A stretch of DNA of 64,000 nt, from IMG/VR virus record IMGVR_UViG_3300033070_001537, positions 2,296 through 66,295 of that record; one strand, 5' to 3'. This stretch comes from a virus (taxonomy: Duplodnaviria > Caudoviricetes). Below are positions 28,372-37,522 of this stretch, piece by piece; position 1 is the first letter of the stretch; each line of letters begins with the position of its first letter. Position numbers and translations under genes: made by a program. The notes beneath the pieces were generated by a model. It worked only from the letters and a program-made list of their open reading frames with translations, was not told the DNA's origin and did no database searches.

Positions 28372-28381
28372 GAGACGACAG

Positions 28382-28411
28382 AAAGCCCCGCCTATCGAAG
28401 CGCGGGGCTTT
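28382..28411. terminator. bidirectional intrinsic terminator
   Basis: AAAGCCCCGC-loop-GCGGGGCTTT between convergent genes. Confidence 0.8.
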
Positions 28412-28436
28412 TCGTTTGTAACGAAATGCGGTGCTC

Positions 28437-29039
28437 TTACACGAGCACTTCCTTCAGCGGCTGCCCGAACCGCGGCGCCACATGCTCAGCGATGAACCGC
28501 GCATGCTCGCGAAGCGCCTCAACCGTCACGCGCAGGGTGCGCTCGCGAGCCCGCGTCTCCTTCGTCGTTCCGCGATGAACCTCGAAGGGGAAGGGATTGC
28601 CGGCAGCGAGTTCGGCGTCTACCAGGGCCGTCCACTCGGCGTGCATGCGATCCGCCTGCGCGAGCATGCTCGTGCGGAAGTTCGCCGGCGCTTCTTCGCT
28701 CTTCTCCGCGCACACGACATGTGATCCAGTGCAGTCGCCTTCGATCCATCCGTGTCCGGGGCGGTTGTATCCGTGCAGCACGACGCGATCGTTCTTCACG
28801 GCCTGCTGACGTCCGCAGAACGAGCAGGTGCCGCGAACCTGCACCCGTGCCACGACCTCTTCGACCTTGTACACCGCGATCGTCTGGTAGGAGCCTACGC
28901 CCCTGACCGCGACCTTGAGCGTATTCTGTGCAACGTGCCACTCGGCGACGTCTGCGATCCACGCACGACGCGCCTTGGTGTCTGTACGAAGGGCGCGCGG
29001 GACGCGGAGCTCGGCGATCTTGGTGGTCTTGGCGATCAT
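28437..29039 (-). CDS. hypothetical protein with a putative Zn-binding motif; the only clear minus-strand gene
   Basis: GTCSFCGRQQ...VLHGYNRPGHGWIEGDC; has its own promoter and terminator. Confidence 0.8.
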   Translation of the reverse strand: MIAKTTKIAELRVPRALRTDTKARRAWIADVAEWHVAQNTLKVAVRGVGSYQTIAVYKVEEVVARVQVRGTCSFCGRQQAVKNDRVVLHGYNRPGHGWIEGDCTGSHVVCAEKSEEAPANFRTSMLAQADRMHAEWTALVDAELAAGNPFPFEVHRGTTKETRARERTLRVTVEALREHARFIAEHVAPRFGQPLKEVLV

Positions 29040-29096
29040 AGCAGTTGACGTGGTGTTCTCGTCGTTGGGTGTGATTACTGCGGACTCGTTGGATTG

Positions 29097-29125
29097 AATC
29101 TACCGCCGTGTATGCGATCGTGCAA
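29097..29125 (-). promoter_or_regulatory. sigma70-like promoter (leftward)
   Basis: TTGCAC-N17-TAGATT on the minus strand. Confidence 0.7.
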
Positions 29126-29165
29126 GAGTTTGCTCGCAGTCAATTCACTCGTTTCGTGAGGTACT

Positions 29166-29194
29166 TTGCGTTCTCATGCGTCGCGTGGTACATT
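29166..29194 (+). promoter_or_regulatory. sigma70-like promoter, probably giving a leaderless transcript
   Basis: TTGCGT-N17-TACATT, then 6 nt to ATG 29201; no SD sequence. Confidence 0.6.
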
Positions 29195-29200
29195 CGCCCC

Positions 29201-29695
29201 ATGGCACCACGACGCGAACCCCGCCCGAAGCCTCCTGCCGACATCGCTGTGCAGGACCTTGGCGATGCCATCGTCACCGTGCCCGGCGACGGTGTGATGA
29301 TCGCCGAGTACCACAACGGCCGACCCGGACCGCCTACCAAGGCCATCCAGGCAGCGGCTCGCTTGGCGTACCTCCCGCGCCTCAAGTTTCTCACTGACAT
29401 GATCGACGGAGAGCTCGAGCGCAAGGTGACGATCCTCGGTGCCAAGGACAAGAAGACCACCATCATCGTCAAGCCGACGTTCCAGGAGCGCCTCGAGGCG
29501 ATGAAGGAGCTCGGGAAGATCGCCCAGCTGCACAACCCTCCGGCCGAGGTAGGGAGTGATACAGGCTCCGCCGCATTTGTTTCTCGAGCTCTCAACGCTC
29601 TTACCCAGCTTGCCGCCGGAATGGCAGCAGGTCGTGGAGAAGAGGCTCGAGTGGTTGACGCTCGCCCGACCGAATCAGGTCCGTCCGCCGGGTGA
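29201..29695 (+). CDS. putative terminase small subunit
   Basis: Position before terL; ERLEAMKELGKI segment; size. Confidence 0.55.
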   Translation: MAPRREPRPKPPADIAVQDLGDAIVTVPGDGVMIAEYHNGRPGPPTKAIQAAARLAYLPRLKFLTDMIDGELERKVTILGAKDKKTTIIVKPTFQERLEAMKELGKIAQLHNPPAEVGSDTGSAAFVSRALNALTQLAAGMAAGRGEEARVVDARPTESGPSAG

Positions 29696-30893
29696 AGACT
29701 GGTCGACGCTTCTGGCGCTCGCCGGACGAGGGTTCGGCAAGACCCGCATGGGCGCGGAAGACGTGGCGTGGGAAGGCATCACGCATGATGGGTGGCGCGT
29801 GGCTGTGGCTGCACCTACGTTCGGCGATGCTCGTGATACGTGCATGGAAGGAGAATCGGGTCTACTCAATGTGCTGCCCGACCGGTTCATCCGCTCGTGG
29901 AACCGGAGCCATGGCGTCCTCACGCTCAACAATGGCACCACCTATCGATGCTTTTCTGCCGAAGAGCCTGATCGCTTTCGAGGACCGCAGCATCACCTCC
30001 TCTGGGCGGACGAGCTCGCGGCATGGCCGTACGAAGACGCCTGGGACCAGGCTATGTTCGGCCTCCGACTTGGGTCGAATCCGCGCACTATCGCGACGAC
30101 CACACCACGCCCGACGAAGCTGATCAAACAGCTCGTCCGTCGTGCGATCGAGACGGGCGATGTGCGGTTGGTGACAGGCTCGACGTTCGACAACGCGGCC
30201 AACCTCCCCGCCAAGACGCTGGAGCGGCTGAAAGAGCGGTACGAAGGCACGCGCCTGGGCGAGCAGGAGCTCTATGCGAAGATCCTCGACGACATCGTCG
30301 GTGCGCTCTGGACGTATACGCTCCTGGAGAACTGCCGCCAGGTCGAGTATCCGGACAACCTCTCTCGGATCGTCGTCGCGGTAGACCCCGCTGTCACCAA
30401 GGGCAAGACGTCCAACGAGACAGGCATCGTCGTGTGTGGGTCGCGCCAGAAGCAAGGCTTCGTCTTGGAGGACGGTACGCTGTCGGGCACGCCCAACGAG
30501 TGGGGCTCGAAGGTCGTGGCGCTCTACCGCAAGTATCACGCGGACATGGTCGTCGCAGAAGTGAACAACGGTGGCGACCTCGTCGCCCACGTGATCCACG
30601 GCATCGATCCGAACATCAAGGTGAAGTCCGTGCGCGCGTCTCGAGGAAAGATTCCCCGCGCGGAGCCAATCTCAGGCCTGTACGAACAGGGCCGAGTGAA
30701 ACATGTCGGAACGTTCCGATATCTGGAAGATCAGATGTGCTCATATACACCGGAAAGTGAGAGTGACGGCGCCAACTCTCCTGACCGGATGGACGCGATG
30801 GTGTGGGGACTGACTGAGCTCATGGTAACGAACATCTTGCCAGATCTCGCCCCGCCTGTGGCGCTCCCGTTTCTCACGCCGTATGCCGTGTAA
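29556..30893 (+). CDS. terL: terminase large subunit
   Basis: AGRGFGKT (Walker A), WADE (Walker B), TTTPRP, AVDPA, EVNNGGD, SPDRMDAMVWG. Confidence 0.93.
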   Translation: MIQAPPHLFLELSTLLPSLPPEWQQVVEKRLEWLTLARPNQVRPPGEDWSTLLALAGRGFGKTRMGAEDVAWEGITHDGWRVAVAAPTFGDARDTCMEGESGLLNVLPDRFIRSWNRSHGVLTLNNGTTYRCFSAEEPDRFRGPQHHLLWADELAAWPYEDAWDQAMFGLRLGSNPRTIATTTPRPTKLIKQLVRRAIETGDVRLVTGSTFDNAANLPAKTLERLKERYEGTRLGEQELYAKILDDIVGALWTYTLLENCRQVEYPDNLSRIVVAVDPAVTKGKTSNETGIVVCGSRQKQGFVLEDGTLSGTPNEWGSKVVALYRKYHADMVVAEVNNGGDLVAHVIHGIDPNIKVKSVRASRGKIPRAEPISGLYEQGRVKHVGTFRYLEDQMCSYTPESESDGANSPDRMDAMVWGLTELMVTNILPDLAPPVALPFLTPYAV

Positions 30894-30906
30894 GGAGTGA
30901 AGCGCG

Positions 30907-32445
30907 ATGGCTGAAGGATCGACCATGGACGGAGCCGCCCAGGCATCGAGCAGCACGGTACAGCGTCAGCAATTCGGTGTCACGGGCCTGAAGGGCTACA
31001 CGACCGGATTTCTGAGCGAGGAGTTCTTGCCCGCGTTGCGCGGGCAGCCCGGGGCGAAGAAGTTCAGAGAGATGAGCGACAACGACCCCGTCCTCGGGTC
31101 GGTGCTGTTCGCGGCGTCGATGATGATCCGCAACGTGAACTGGTCGCTCACCGCCGGCAGCGACGCCGATAGCGCGGCGCAGGCGCAGGAGTTCGTCGAC
31201 CAGTGTCTGTTCAAGGACATGGCGACGCCGTTCACCGACGTGGTCGAAGAAGCGATGAGCATGCTCATCTACGGCTTCGCGCCCATGGAGAAGGTGTACA
31301 AGGTGCGCCGAGGGCCTGCGAAGCTGCCGCCTGCTCCTGGCGCCGATGCGGCCTACGGCGACTGGATTGCGTACATCGAGCAGCGGTCGCGCATCCCCGC
31401 GGGCTCGCTGTACGACGACGGCAAGATCGGTGTGCACAAGATCGCCCTTCGCGCCCAGGACACGGTGTGGCGCTGGTACTTCGACGCGCATGGCGATTGG
31501 ATGGCCATGGAGCAACAGAAGGAGCGAGGCGCGAACGTCATCATCCCGCGCTCGAAGCTGTTGCTCTTCCGCACCACGACGACGAAGAACAACCCCGAGG
31601 CTCGCAGTGTGCTTCGGTCGTCCTACGTCTCCTACGAGCGGAAGAAGCACCTCGAGATCCAGGAAGGTCGATTCGCGACGCGCCGGAACGGCGTGGCAGT
31701 GTTCCGCATCCCGTCGATGTACATGGATCCGGGCGCGTCGGACCGCGAGCGGGCGATCTTCAATTACTACAAGGACCTCGCCACCAAGGTCAGCACGGAC
31801 CAGCAAGGCGGCATGGTCATTCCGGCGGATCGGGACGACAAGGGCAACCCGATCGTTGACTTCGAGTGGAAGAGCCTGAGCGCCTCCGGTACGACGGGCG
31901 GCTCGGCGAGCGAAGTCATCGACCGCATCGACCATCGTATGGCGATGAGCGTCCTGGCTGACTTCGTGCTGCTCGGCCAGCAGTCCGTGGGCAGCTTCGC
32001 GCTGAGCAGCGACAAGACGAACCTCTTCGCGTCGGCGCTGGGCGGCTTCCTCAAGGCCATTGCGGAGGAGGTCAACACCGGGCTGATCGCTGAGCTGTGC
32101 GACCTGAACAACATCGCGATCGAAGACCGTCCGACGCTTCAGCCCGGCGACATCGAAAATCGCGACCTCCTCCAGTTGAGCTCCTACCTCAGCCAGCTGG
32201 CTGCCGCGGGCATGCCGTTCTTCCCGGACGACAATCTGGAGAACTGGCTCCGCGATCAGGCGGGCATGCCCGAGAAGCCGGAAGAGCTCGATGATGCCGT
32301 GGAAGAGAAGAAGGATGGCGAGATGCAACGCCAAATGGACCTCATGGCCGCGAAGACCAAGGCTGGAGAGAAGGACGAGAAGGGCAAGAAGCCGGGCACG
32401 AAGACCGCTGCCGAACCGAACGCCAAAGCTGAGGAGAAAGAGTAA
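30907..32445 (+). CDS. portal protein (Mu gp29/DUF935-like)
   Basis: Follows terL; 512 aa; MLIYGFAPMEKVY, RSVLRSSY, GSFALSSDKT..F. Confidence 0.85.
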   Translation: MAEGSTMDGAAQASSSTVQRQQFGVTGLKGYTTGFLSEEFLPALRGQPGAKKFREMSDNDPVLGSVLFAASMMIRNVNWSLTAGSDADSAAQAQEFVDQCLFKDMATPFTDVVEEAMSMLIYGFAPMEKVYKVRRGPAKLPPAPGADAAYGDWIAYIEQRSRIPAGSLYDDGKIGVHKIALRAQDTVWRWYFDAHGDWMAMEQQKERGANVIIPRSKLLLFRTTTTKNNPEARSVLRSSYVSYERKKHLEIQEGRFATRRNGVAVFRIPSMYMDPGASDRERAIFNYYKDLATKVSTDQQGGMVIPADRDDKGNPIVDFEWKSLSASGTTGGSASEVIDRIDHRMAMSVLADFVLLGQQSVGSFALSSDKTNLFASALGGFLKAIAEEVNTGLIAELCDLNNIAIEDRPTLQPGDIENRDLLQLSSYLSQLAAAGMPFFPDDNLENWLRDQAGMPEKPEELDDAVEEKKDGEMQRQMDLMAAKTKAGEKDEKGKKPGTKTAAEPNAKAEEKE

Positions 32446-32448
32446 ACC

Positions 32449-33051
32449 GTGGATCCCCTATTTGCATCCGTCGCAGAGGCGCTCGCCAAGCAAGCCCGTA
32501 AGCCCGCCGGCGGTCCCGGCGGCGGTCAATTCGCTTCGGGCGGAGGGTCGAAAGGCGGCAAAAAGATGACGACAGGGCAGCAGGCTCGGTATCGCGACCA
32601 GAAAGAGCGTCTGCAGATGCACCTGAGCCATCGAACTCTGGCTCGTGAACGAGGCGATCCAAGACTTGCGGCTGAATCCCGTCGCGGTGCCAAGGAAGCG
32701 ATACGTGAGATGCGCATCGCTCGGGGTGATATGGTCGGAGGCGGGAGTGGGAAGAAAAGAAAAAGCAAGCCCGTAGACACGCCCGCAAGCCTGACCAGTT
32801 CCATCCGTAACCTTCGCTCGGCCATGCACTTCTCTGCGCGCGTCGGCGACAAGGTCAACCTTGAGGCTCAGCGCACCCGAACCAAGGACCTCATTGCCCG
32901 CCATCGTGCCCTTGTCCCCAAGAAGCCGAAGGCCAAGCGCGATCCTTGGAAAGAGCGCCAAGACGAGCACGACACGTGGCGAGATGAAGCGCGGTTCCGT
33001 ACGCAGACGGGGTTCCACCGAGGCTTCCGTCCCGGACTGCCGAGGTCCTGA
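32449..33051 (+). CDS. tagged basic head-module protein A
   Basis: N-terminal LAKQARKPAGGPGGGQF tag, Arg/Lys-rich remainder. Confidence 0.75.
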   Translation: MDPLFASVAEALAKQARKPAGGPGGGQFASGGGSKGGKKMTTGQQARYRDQKERLQMHLSHRTLARERGDPRLAAESRRGAKEAIREMRIARGDMVGGGSGKKRKSKPVDTPASLTSSIRNLRSAMHFSARVGDKVNLEAQRTRTKDLIARHRALVPKKPKAKRDPWKERQDEHDTWRDEARFRTQTGFHRGFRPGLPRS

Positions 33052-33054
33052 CCG

Positions 33055-34071
33055 TTGGACTTCCTCCAGAAGCGCGACCGAGATGTCTGGGCCCAGTGGG
33101 ACGAATGGGCCCAGCAACTCGAGCCCAGCATCCGCAAGTCTTTCCTCGAGGCGATGACGGCGCTTCGCGATGCGTTGTCGGTGGCGACGATGACGACAAT
33201 CATCGCGGCGGGCGACACCGCGAAGCTCACAGAATACGTGCTCGCGGCGCTTGGCGCCTTGGAACAGGTACAGGATGCCATCAGCGATTCCATCGTGCGA
33301 GCGGGCGCGACCGTCGCAGAGACGATGCCGAAACAGGTGCTCGTCCGCTTCGATCGTTACGATGCCGAGATGATCCGGCGGGTCAACGCGGAGTCGCTGA
33401 AACTCGTGCAGCAGATCACGGAAGACGTCCGCGTGACGTTGGCCGACATCGTGCGCGACGGCCTGTCGTCGGGTGGCGGGCCTGCGGTGACGGCGCAGAA
33501 CATCAAGACGGAAATCGGACTCACGCAACGTCAGCGGAAGGCGGTGGCGAACTTCCGCCGCATGCTGATCGAAGGGGACCGCGAGGCGCTGACGCGCGAA
33601 TTGCGAGACCGTCGGTTCGATCGTACGTTGGAACAAGTGTTCACGGGCGCGCGCCGGCTCTCTCCTGAAGAGATCCAGCGCATGACCGACCGGTATGCGG
33701 AGCGGTACATTCGGTATCGCGCGGAGTCGATCGCGCGCACCGAGTCGATCCGTGCACAAGCGGTCGGCAACGCCCAGGCGTGGGCGCAGGCGCTGAAGAC
33801 CAACCCGGGTCTCCGGCTCCGCGTCAAGCGGCGGTGGTATGTGGCACCGAGCGAGGGCCCGAGCAGCCGTCGGGTGAAGGGCAAGATCGGCGGGAAGCCG
33901 AAGAGCGGTCGCAGTGAGGTGCGGTTGTGCCCGGTGTGTCGTGCCATTCCCGGCATGAACAGCAACGGGCGCGACATCGATGAGCCGTTTCAGACACCGA
34001 TCGGCACGTTGATGTATCCGCCTGTTCATCCCCATTGTCGGTGTGTCGTCTTTACAGGAGTAGCCAACTGA
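33055..34071 (+). CDS. head morphogenesis protein (MuF/SPP1 gp7-like)
   Basis: RAESIARTES, CPVC...PPVHPHCRCVV C-terminus. Confidence 0.88.
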   Translation: MDFLQKRDRDVWAQWDEWAQQLEPSIRKSFLEAMTALRDALSVATMTTIIAAGDTAKLTEYVLAALGALEQVQDAISDSIVRAGATVAETMPKQVLVRFDRYDAEMIRRVNAESLKLVQQITEDVRVTLADIVRDGLSSGGGPAVTAQNIKTEIGLTQRQRKAVANFRRMLIEGDREALTRELRDRRFDRTLEQVFTGARRLSPEEIQRMTDRYAERYIRYRAESIARTESIRAQAVGNAQAWAQALKTNPGLRLRVKRRWYVAPSEGPSSRRVKGKIGGKPKSGRSEVRLCPVCRAIPGMNSNGRDIDEPFQTPIGTLMYPPVHPHCRCVVFTGVAN

Positions 34072-34649
34072 TGGATCCCCTCGTTTCAGCAGTAGCAGAA
34101 GCTCTCGCCAAGCAGGCACGGAAGCCCGCAGGCGGTCCGGGCGGTGGGCAATTCGCGTCAGGCGGCGGAGGAAGCCGAGGAGGAGGTCCTGTGCGCCGCC
34201 TCGGCCGCGAGGTCCGCGAGCACCAAAAAGACGCAGATTTCGCTGCCAAAGACAAGACCAGGTCGTCTCGATCGAGTGTGATCAGCCACGATCGAGCGAA
34301 GACCCTGTCGCAGGCGGCGCAGCGGATTTCGGAAACGGAAGGCCACTGGTCGCAGCGGGCCGGGCATGCGCGAGCCCTCGTGCGGGCAGCTGAGAACCGC
34401 TCCGATCGAAAGATGGAATGGGCCCGATTCGCTCGGAAGGACGAGAAGACCCAACTAGGTTTGGTGCGAAGCAAGCAGAAAGAAAGGGCGAGCATGCTCC
34501 TTTCTCGTATCGAAGATCGACGCGACTCGTTGAAGGACAGGTCGCGTGAACTCGCCTCCGCGGGGAAGTTTGACTCGAAAGTCGAGCGGTCTATTCGACA
34601 CCTGACAAATCGAAAAGACAAACTCGACCGATTCAGATCGAGTCTGTAG
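34071..34649 (+). CDS. tagged basic head-module protein B
   Basis: N-terminus MDPLVSAVAEALAKQARKPAGGPGGGQFASGGG almost identical to protein A; unrelated basic C-terminus. Confidence 0.75.
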   Translation: MDPLVSAVAEALAKQARKPAGGPGGGQFASGGGGSRGGGPVRRLGREVREHQKDADFAAKDKTRSSRSSVISHDRAKTLSQAAQRISETEGHWSQRAGHARALVRAAENRSDRKMEWARFARKDEKTQLGLVRSKQKERASMLLSRIEDRRDSLKDRSRELASAGKFDSKVERSIRHLTNRKDKLDRFRSSL

Positions 34650-34652
34650 TCG

Positions 34653-35975
34653 ATGACCCCCGCGCTCCTCGCTCGCCTAGAGTCTCTGCTCGCCAAGCAG
34701 GCTCGCCAGCCGGCAGGCGCGCCTGGAGGCACAGGCGGGCAGTTTGCTCCGATGAACCCCGCGGAGGTCGGCATCGCTGCCTCTATGGGCTTGCCCACGT
34801 CCTATTCAGGCACGCAAGGCAAGACGTGGGCCAACCGCGGCGATACGAAGGAGATGCTGCACGTGGTCGACAATCCGCTGCGGCGGACGTCGGCGATGAC
34901 ACATGCGGAGGCTACGTCGGTGAAGTTCAGCGACTACGCCTCGGAGCGGCGAAAGGTACCGATCGCCTCGTTGCGCACGACCCAAGACTACATCCTGCCG
35001 TCGGACGTCAAGCGGTATCGAGGCCCAGCTGACCACAACGAGTGGGCGCGCGGGCGCCCGTCCGTGGTCGAGCACAAGGGGCGCATGGTGGTCGTGGACG
35101 GCAATCATCGCACCGTCGCCGCCATGCTGAACGGAGACAAGGAGATTGAAGTGGACTACTTCACGCCTCGCCTGCGGAAGCAAGCTCGCCAGCCTGCTGG
35201 CGTTCCGGGCGGGCATGGCGGCGAGTTTGCAGCGACGACGCTTGGCGGTATAGGCACCGTCGCTCCGGCGAAGAAGGCGCCACCCACCGCGAAGGTTCTC
35301 GCGGCTGCCGGCGTGGGCGAGTGGTCAGCGGCGGAGAAAGATGCGCTCGGGTTCTACCAAGGGTTTTCGTACGCCGGAATGAACTACGTGATGCGGATGG
35401 GAAAGGGAGATCCCGACCGCGGCGCGAAGTCTCCTCACTTTCGATCGTTGATGCTCGAAGAAGGTCGAGAGCGAGTGGTTCGGCACGCGAAGACGCTCAG
35501 CGACGCGATGTCGAAGGTAGAGCCTATCCAGCACGAAGCTGTCGTCTACCGTTCGGTCTCATCGGGCGCGTCGCTGTTCAACCCTATCATCGGTCTGACC
35601 AACTACGGCGTGAACCGTCGGCAGTCGCATCTCCTGCACGAGACGATGACGTCGCTGGACACTCGCTTGGCATCGATGGTCGGTAAGACCATCAAGGACC
35701 ACGGATTCACGTCGACCACCGCGGACGAGAAGCAGGCGGTGAAGTGGATGTCCAGGACAGACCCGAAGCTCCGCGGACCCGATCAGCGGGTGATGTTCCG
35801 CATCACGGCTCCGAAGGGCAGCAAGGGGCTCTGGGCCGAGAAGATCAATCCGAACCAGAAGGACTACGTGGTCCAGAAAGAGTGGATCGTGGCGCCGGGT
35901 ACGCGGTACAAGATCACCGGCGTCGGGAAACACGCCAGCGGCGCACACCTTGTCGAAATGGAGATCGTCCCATGA
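34653..35975 (+). CDS. tagged ParB/Srx-like plus ADP-ribosyltransferase (VIP2/C3-like) fusion protein
   Basis: Tag, then TQD...VVVDGNHRTVAA; second tag, then VVYRSV, GFTSTT, ITAPKG, QKEW (R-S-QxE triad). Confidence 0.8.
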   Translation: MTPALLARLESLLAKQARQPAGAPGGTGGQFAPMNPAEVGIAASMGLPTSYSGTQGKTWANRGDTKEMLHVVDNPLRRTSAMTHAEATSVKFSDYASERRKVPIASLRTTQDYILPSDVKRYRGPADHNEWARGRPSVVEHKGRMVVVDGNHRTVAAMLNGDKEIEVDYFTPRLRKQARQPAGVPGGHGGEFAATTLGGIGTVAPAKKAPPTAKVLAAAGVGEWSAAEKDALGFYQGFSYAGMNYVMRMGKGDPDRGAKSPHFRSLMLEEGRERVVRHAKTLSDAMSKVEPIQHEAVVYRSVSSGASLFNPIIGLTNYGVNRRQSHLLHETMTSLDTRLASMVGKTIKDHGFTSTTADEKQAVKWMSRTDPKLRGPDQRVMFRITAPKGSKGLWAEKINPNQKDYVVQKEWIVAPGTRYKITGVGKHASGAHLVEMEIVP

Positions 35976-37072
35976 ACACCGACCGTTTCACCGATTGGGA
36001 TTCGTCGGGGTTGTTCGCTGACGACGATCCCGTTACCAAGTCTACGCCAAGCCTGTCAGACGTCCATGCTCCGACGTCTGTCTCCCTCGTTCGCAGGAAA
36101 AAGAAGATGAAGCCGAAGGCAGGCGAAGTCGAAGTCCAGATGTCGCTGGAAAAGGTCGAAGATGATCAGCGCATGGCCTGGGGCTGGGCGAGCGTCACCA
36201 CCCGCAACGGGCAGCCGCTGGAAGACCTCCAGGGCGATGTCATCGAGACCGAAGAGCTCCAGAAAGCCGTCCACGAGTTCGTCCGCAAGAAGCGGATCAT
36301 GGGCGAGATGCACACCGTGATCGGCACAGGCGACATCGTCGACAGCATCGTCTTCACCAACGACATCCAGAAGGCGCTCGGCATCGACCTGGGCAAGGAA
36401 GGCTGGTTCGTCGGCGTGCATGTGACGAACGACGGCACCTGGTCGAAGGTAAAGAAGGGCGAGCTCCGCGGCTTCAGTCTCGGCGGCTTCGGTGTGCGCG
36501 AGCTCATGAAGTCGATGGAGGACGACGAGTCCTTCGAACTGGATGTCGAAGACCTCGACAAGCGTCTCGACTTCATCGAGCAGCTCGAGGCGCGACTAGA
36601 GAAGATGGCTCGAAAGCCCGCGGGCGCGCCGGGCGGAACAGGCGGGCAATTCACGAGCGGGCCTGCTGGGTTCGGGAATGGAGGCGTCGCTCGGAAGCCC
36701 GCAGGAGGGTATGATGCGCAAAATCCCGATCACGTAGCTCGAAGAAAGCTGGCCGGGGATCTGCGGATACTTCTTCAAGAAGCTCGAGAAGTGTCTCGTA
36801 CACATCCCGAGAAAGCGTCTTACATACGGGCACAGGTGCGATTTCACGTCGCTGAAGCTGAAGCCAACGGAAGAGTGAAGGACCGTTCTCGGTTTCACGA
36901 TGACAAATATGATCGAATGATCGAGAGAAATCTGCGCACCGCGAAAAAGGCGCTCATCGAGTCCGAAAAGGCGTACAAGAAAACCCGTAATCGAAAGACG
37001 GATCCGAGTTTTACGCCGTTTTTCAAACCCGATCCAGCCGGACGGTCTGTCACCCTCGGGCAGAGTCAATAG
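35972..37072 (+). CDS. XkdF-like prohead maturation protease with a C-terminal tagged cargo domain
   Basis: QRMAWGWASV...DLQGD...EMH...GWFVG...WSKVKKGELRGFSLGG; then LEKMARKPAGAPGGTGGQF. Confidence 0.85.
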   Translation: MNTDRFTDWDSSGLFADDDPVTKSTPSLSDVHAPTSVSLVRRKKKMKPKAGEVEVQMSLEKVEDDQRMAWGWASVTTRNGQPLEDLQGDVIETEELQKAVHEFVRKKRIMGEMHTVIGTGDIVDSIVFTNDIQKALGIDLGKEGWFVGVHVTNDGTWSKVKKGELRGFSLGGFGVRELMKSMEDDESFELDVEDLDKRLDFIEQLEARLEKMARKPAGAPGGTGGQFTSGPAGFGNGGVARKPAGGYDAQNPDHVARRKLAGDLRILLQEAREVSRTHPEKASYIRAQVRFHVAEAEANGRVKDRSRFHDDKYDRMIERNLRTAKKALIESEKAYKKTRNRKTDPSFTPFFKPDPAGRSVTLGQSQ

Positions 37073-37471
37073 ATGCGATTCGATCCTCACTCCGTATCTC
37101 TGAAGGTCGCGTCTATGGGAAGCGCCGTAGGCGGGCTGTGGGGGGCGGCCGCCGAGTCCGTCCGCGTTGCGGCACAACCTGTACCGAAGGATTCTGTGGA
37201 ACACCTCATCGCAGCGATCGGTCTCGGTGGGGCCGCCGGTGTCTTGACCACGGTGCTCGTCGTAGGCACGTACAAGGCGAAAGTCGACAGTCACGGCGAA
37301 GCCATCAAGGAATTGCTCCAGAAAAAGGCCGATGCGGACTCGGTAAACTCCGTCAAAGAGCTCATCCAGAAGAAGGCGGATGCGGAAGTGGTGGAGATGA
37401 TTCAACACCAGGTTGCCCGTATCGATGAAGCTACCCAGATGCTGGTCCGCCACCTGTTGGATCGGAAGTAG
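37073..37471 (+). CDS. membrane protein with coiled-coil tail (holin-like, uncertain)
   Basis: LIAAIGLGGAAGVLTTVLVV TM segment followed by a coiled coil. Confidence 0.45.
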   Translation: MRFDPHSVSLKVASMGSAVGGLWGAAAESVRVAAQPVPKDSVEHLIAAIGLGGAAGVLTTVLVVGTYKAKVDSHGEAIKELLQKKADADSVNSVKELIQKKADAEVVEMIQHQVARIDEATQMLVRHLLDRK

Positions 37472-37522
37472 AACCCCCGCTTCCAAAAGACGCTCACGCA
37501 AAGCCACGAGACAGGAGACGTT

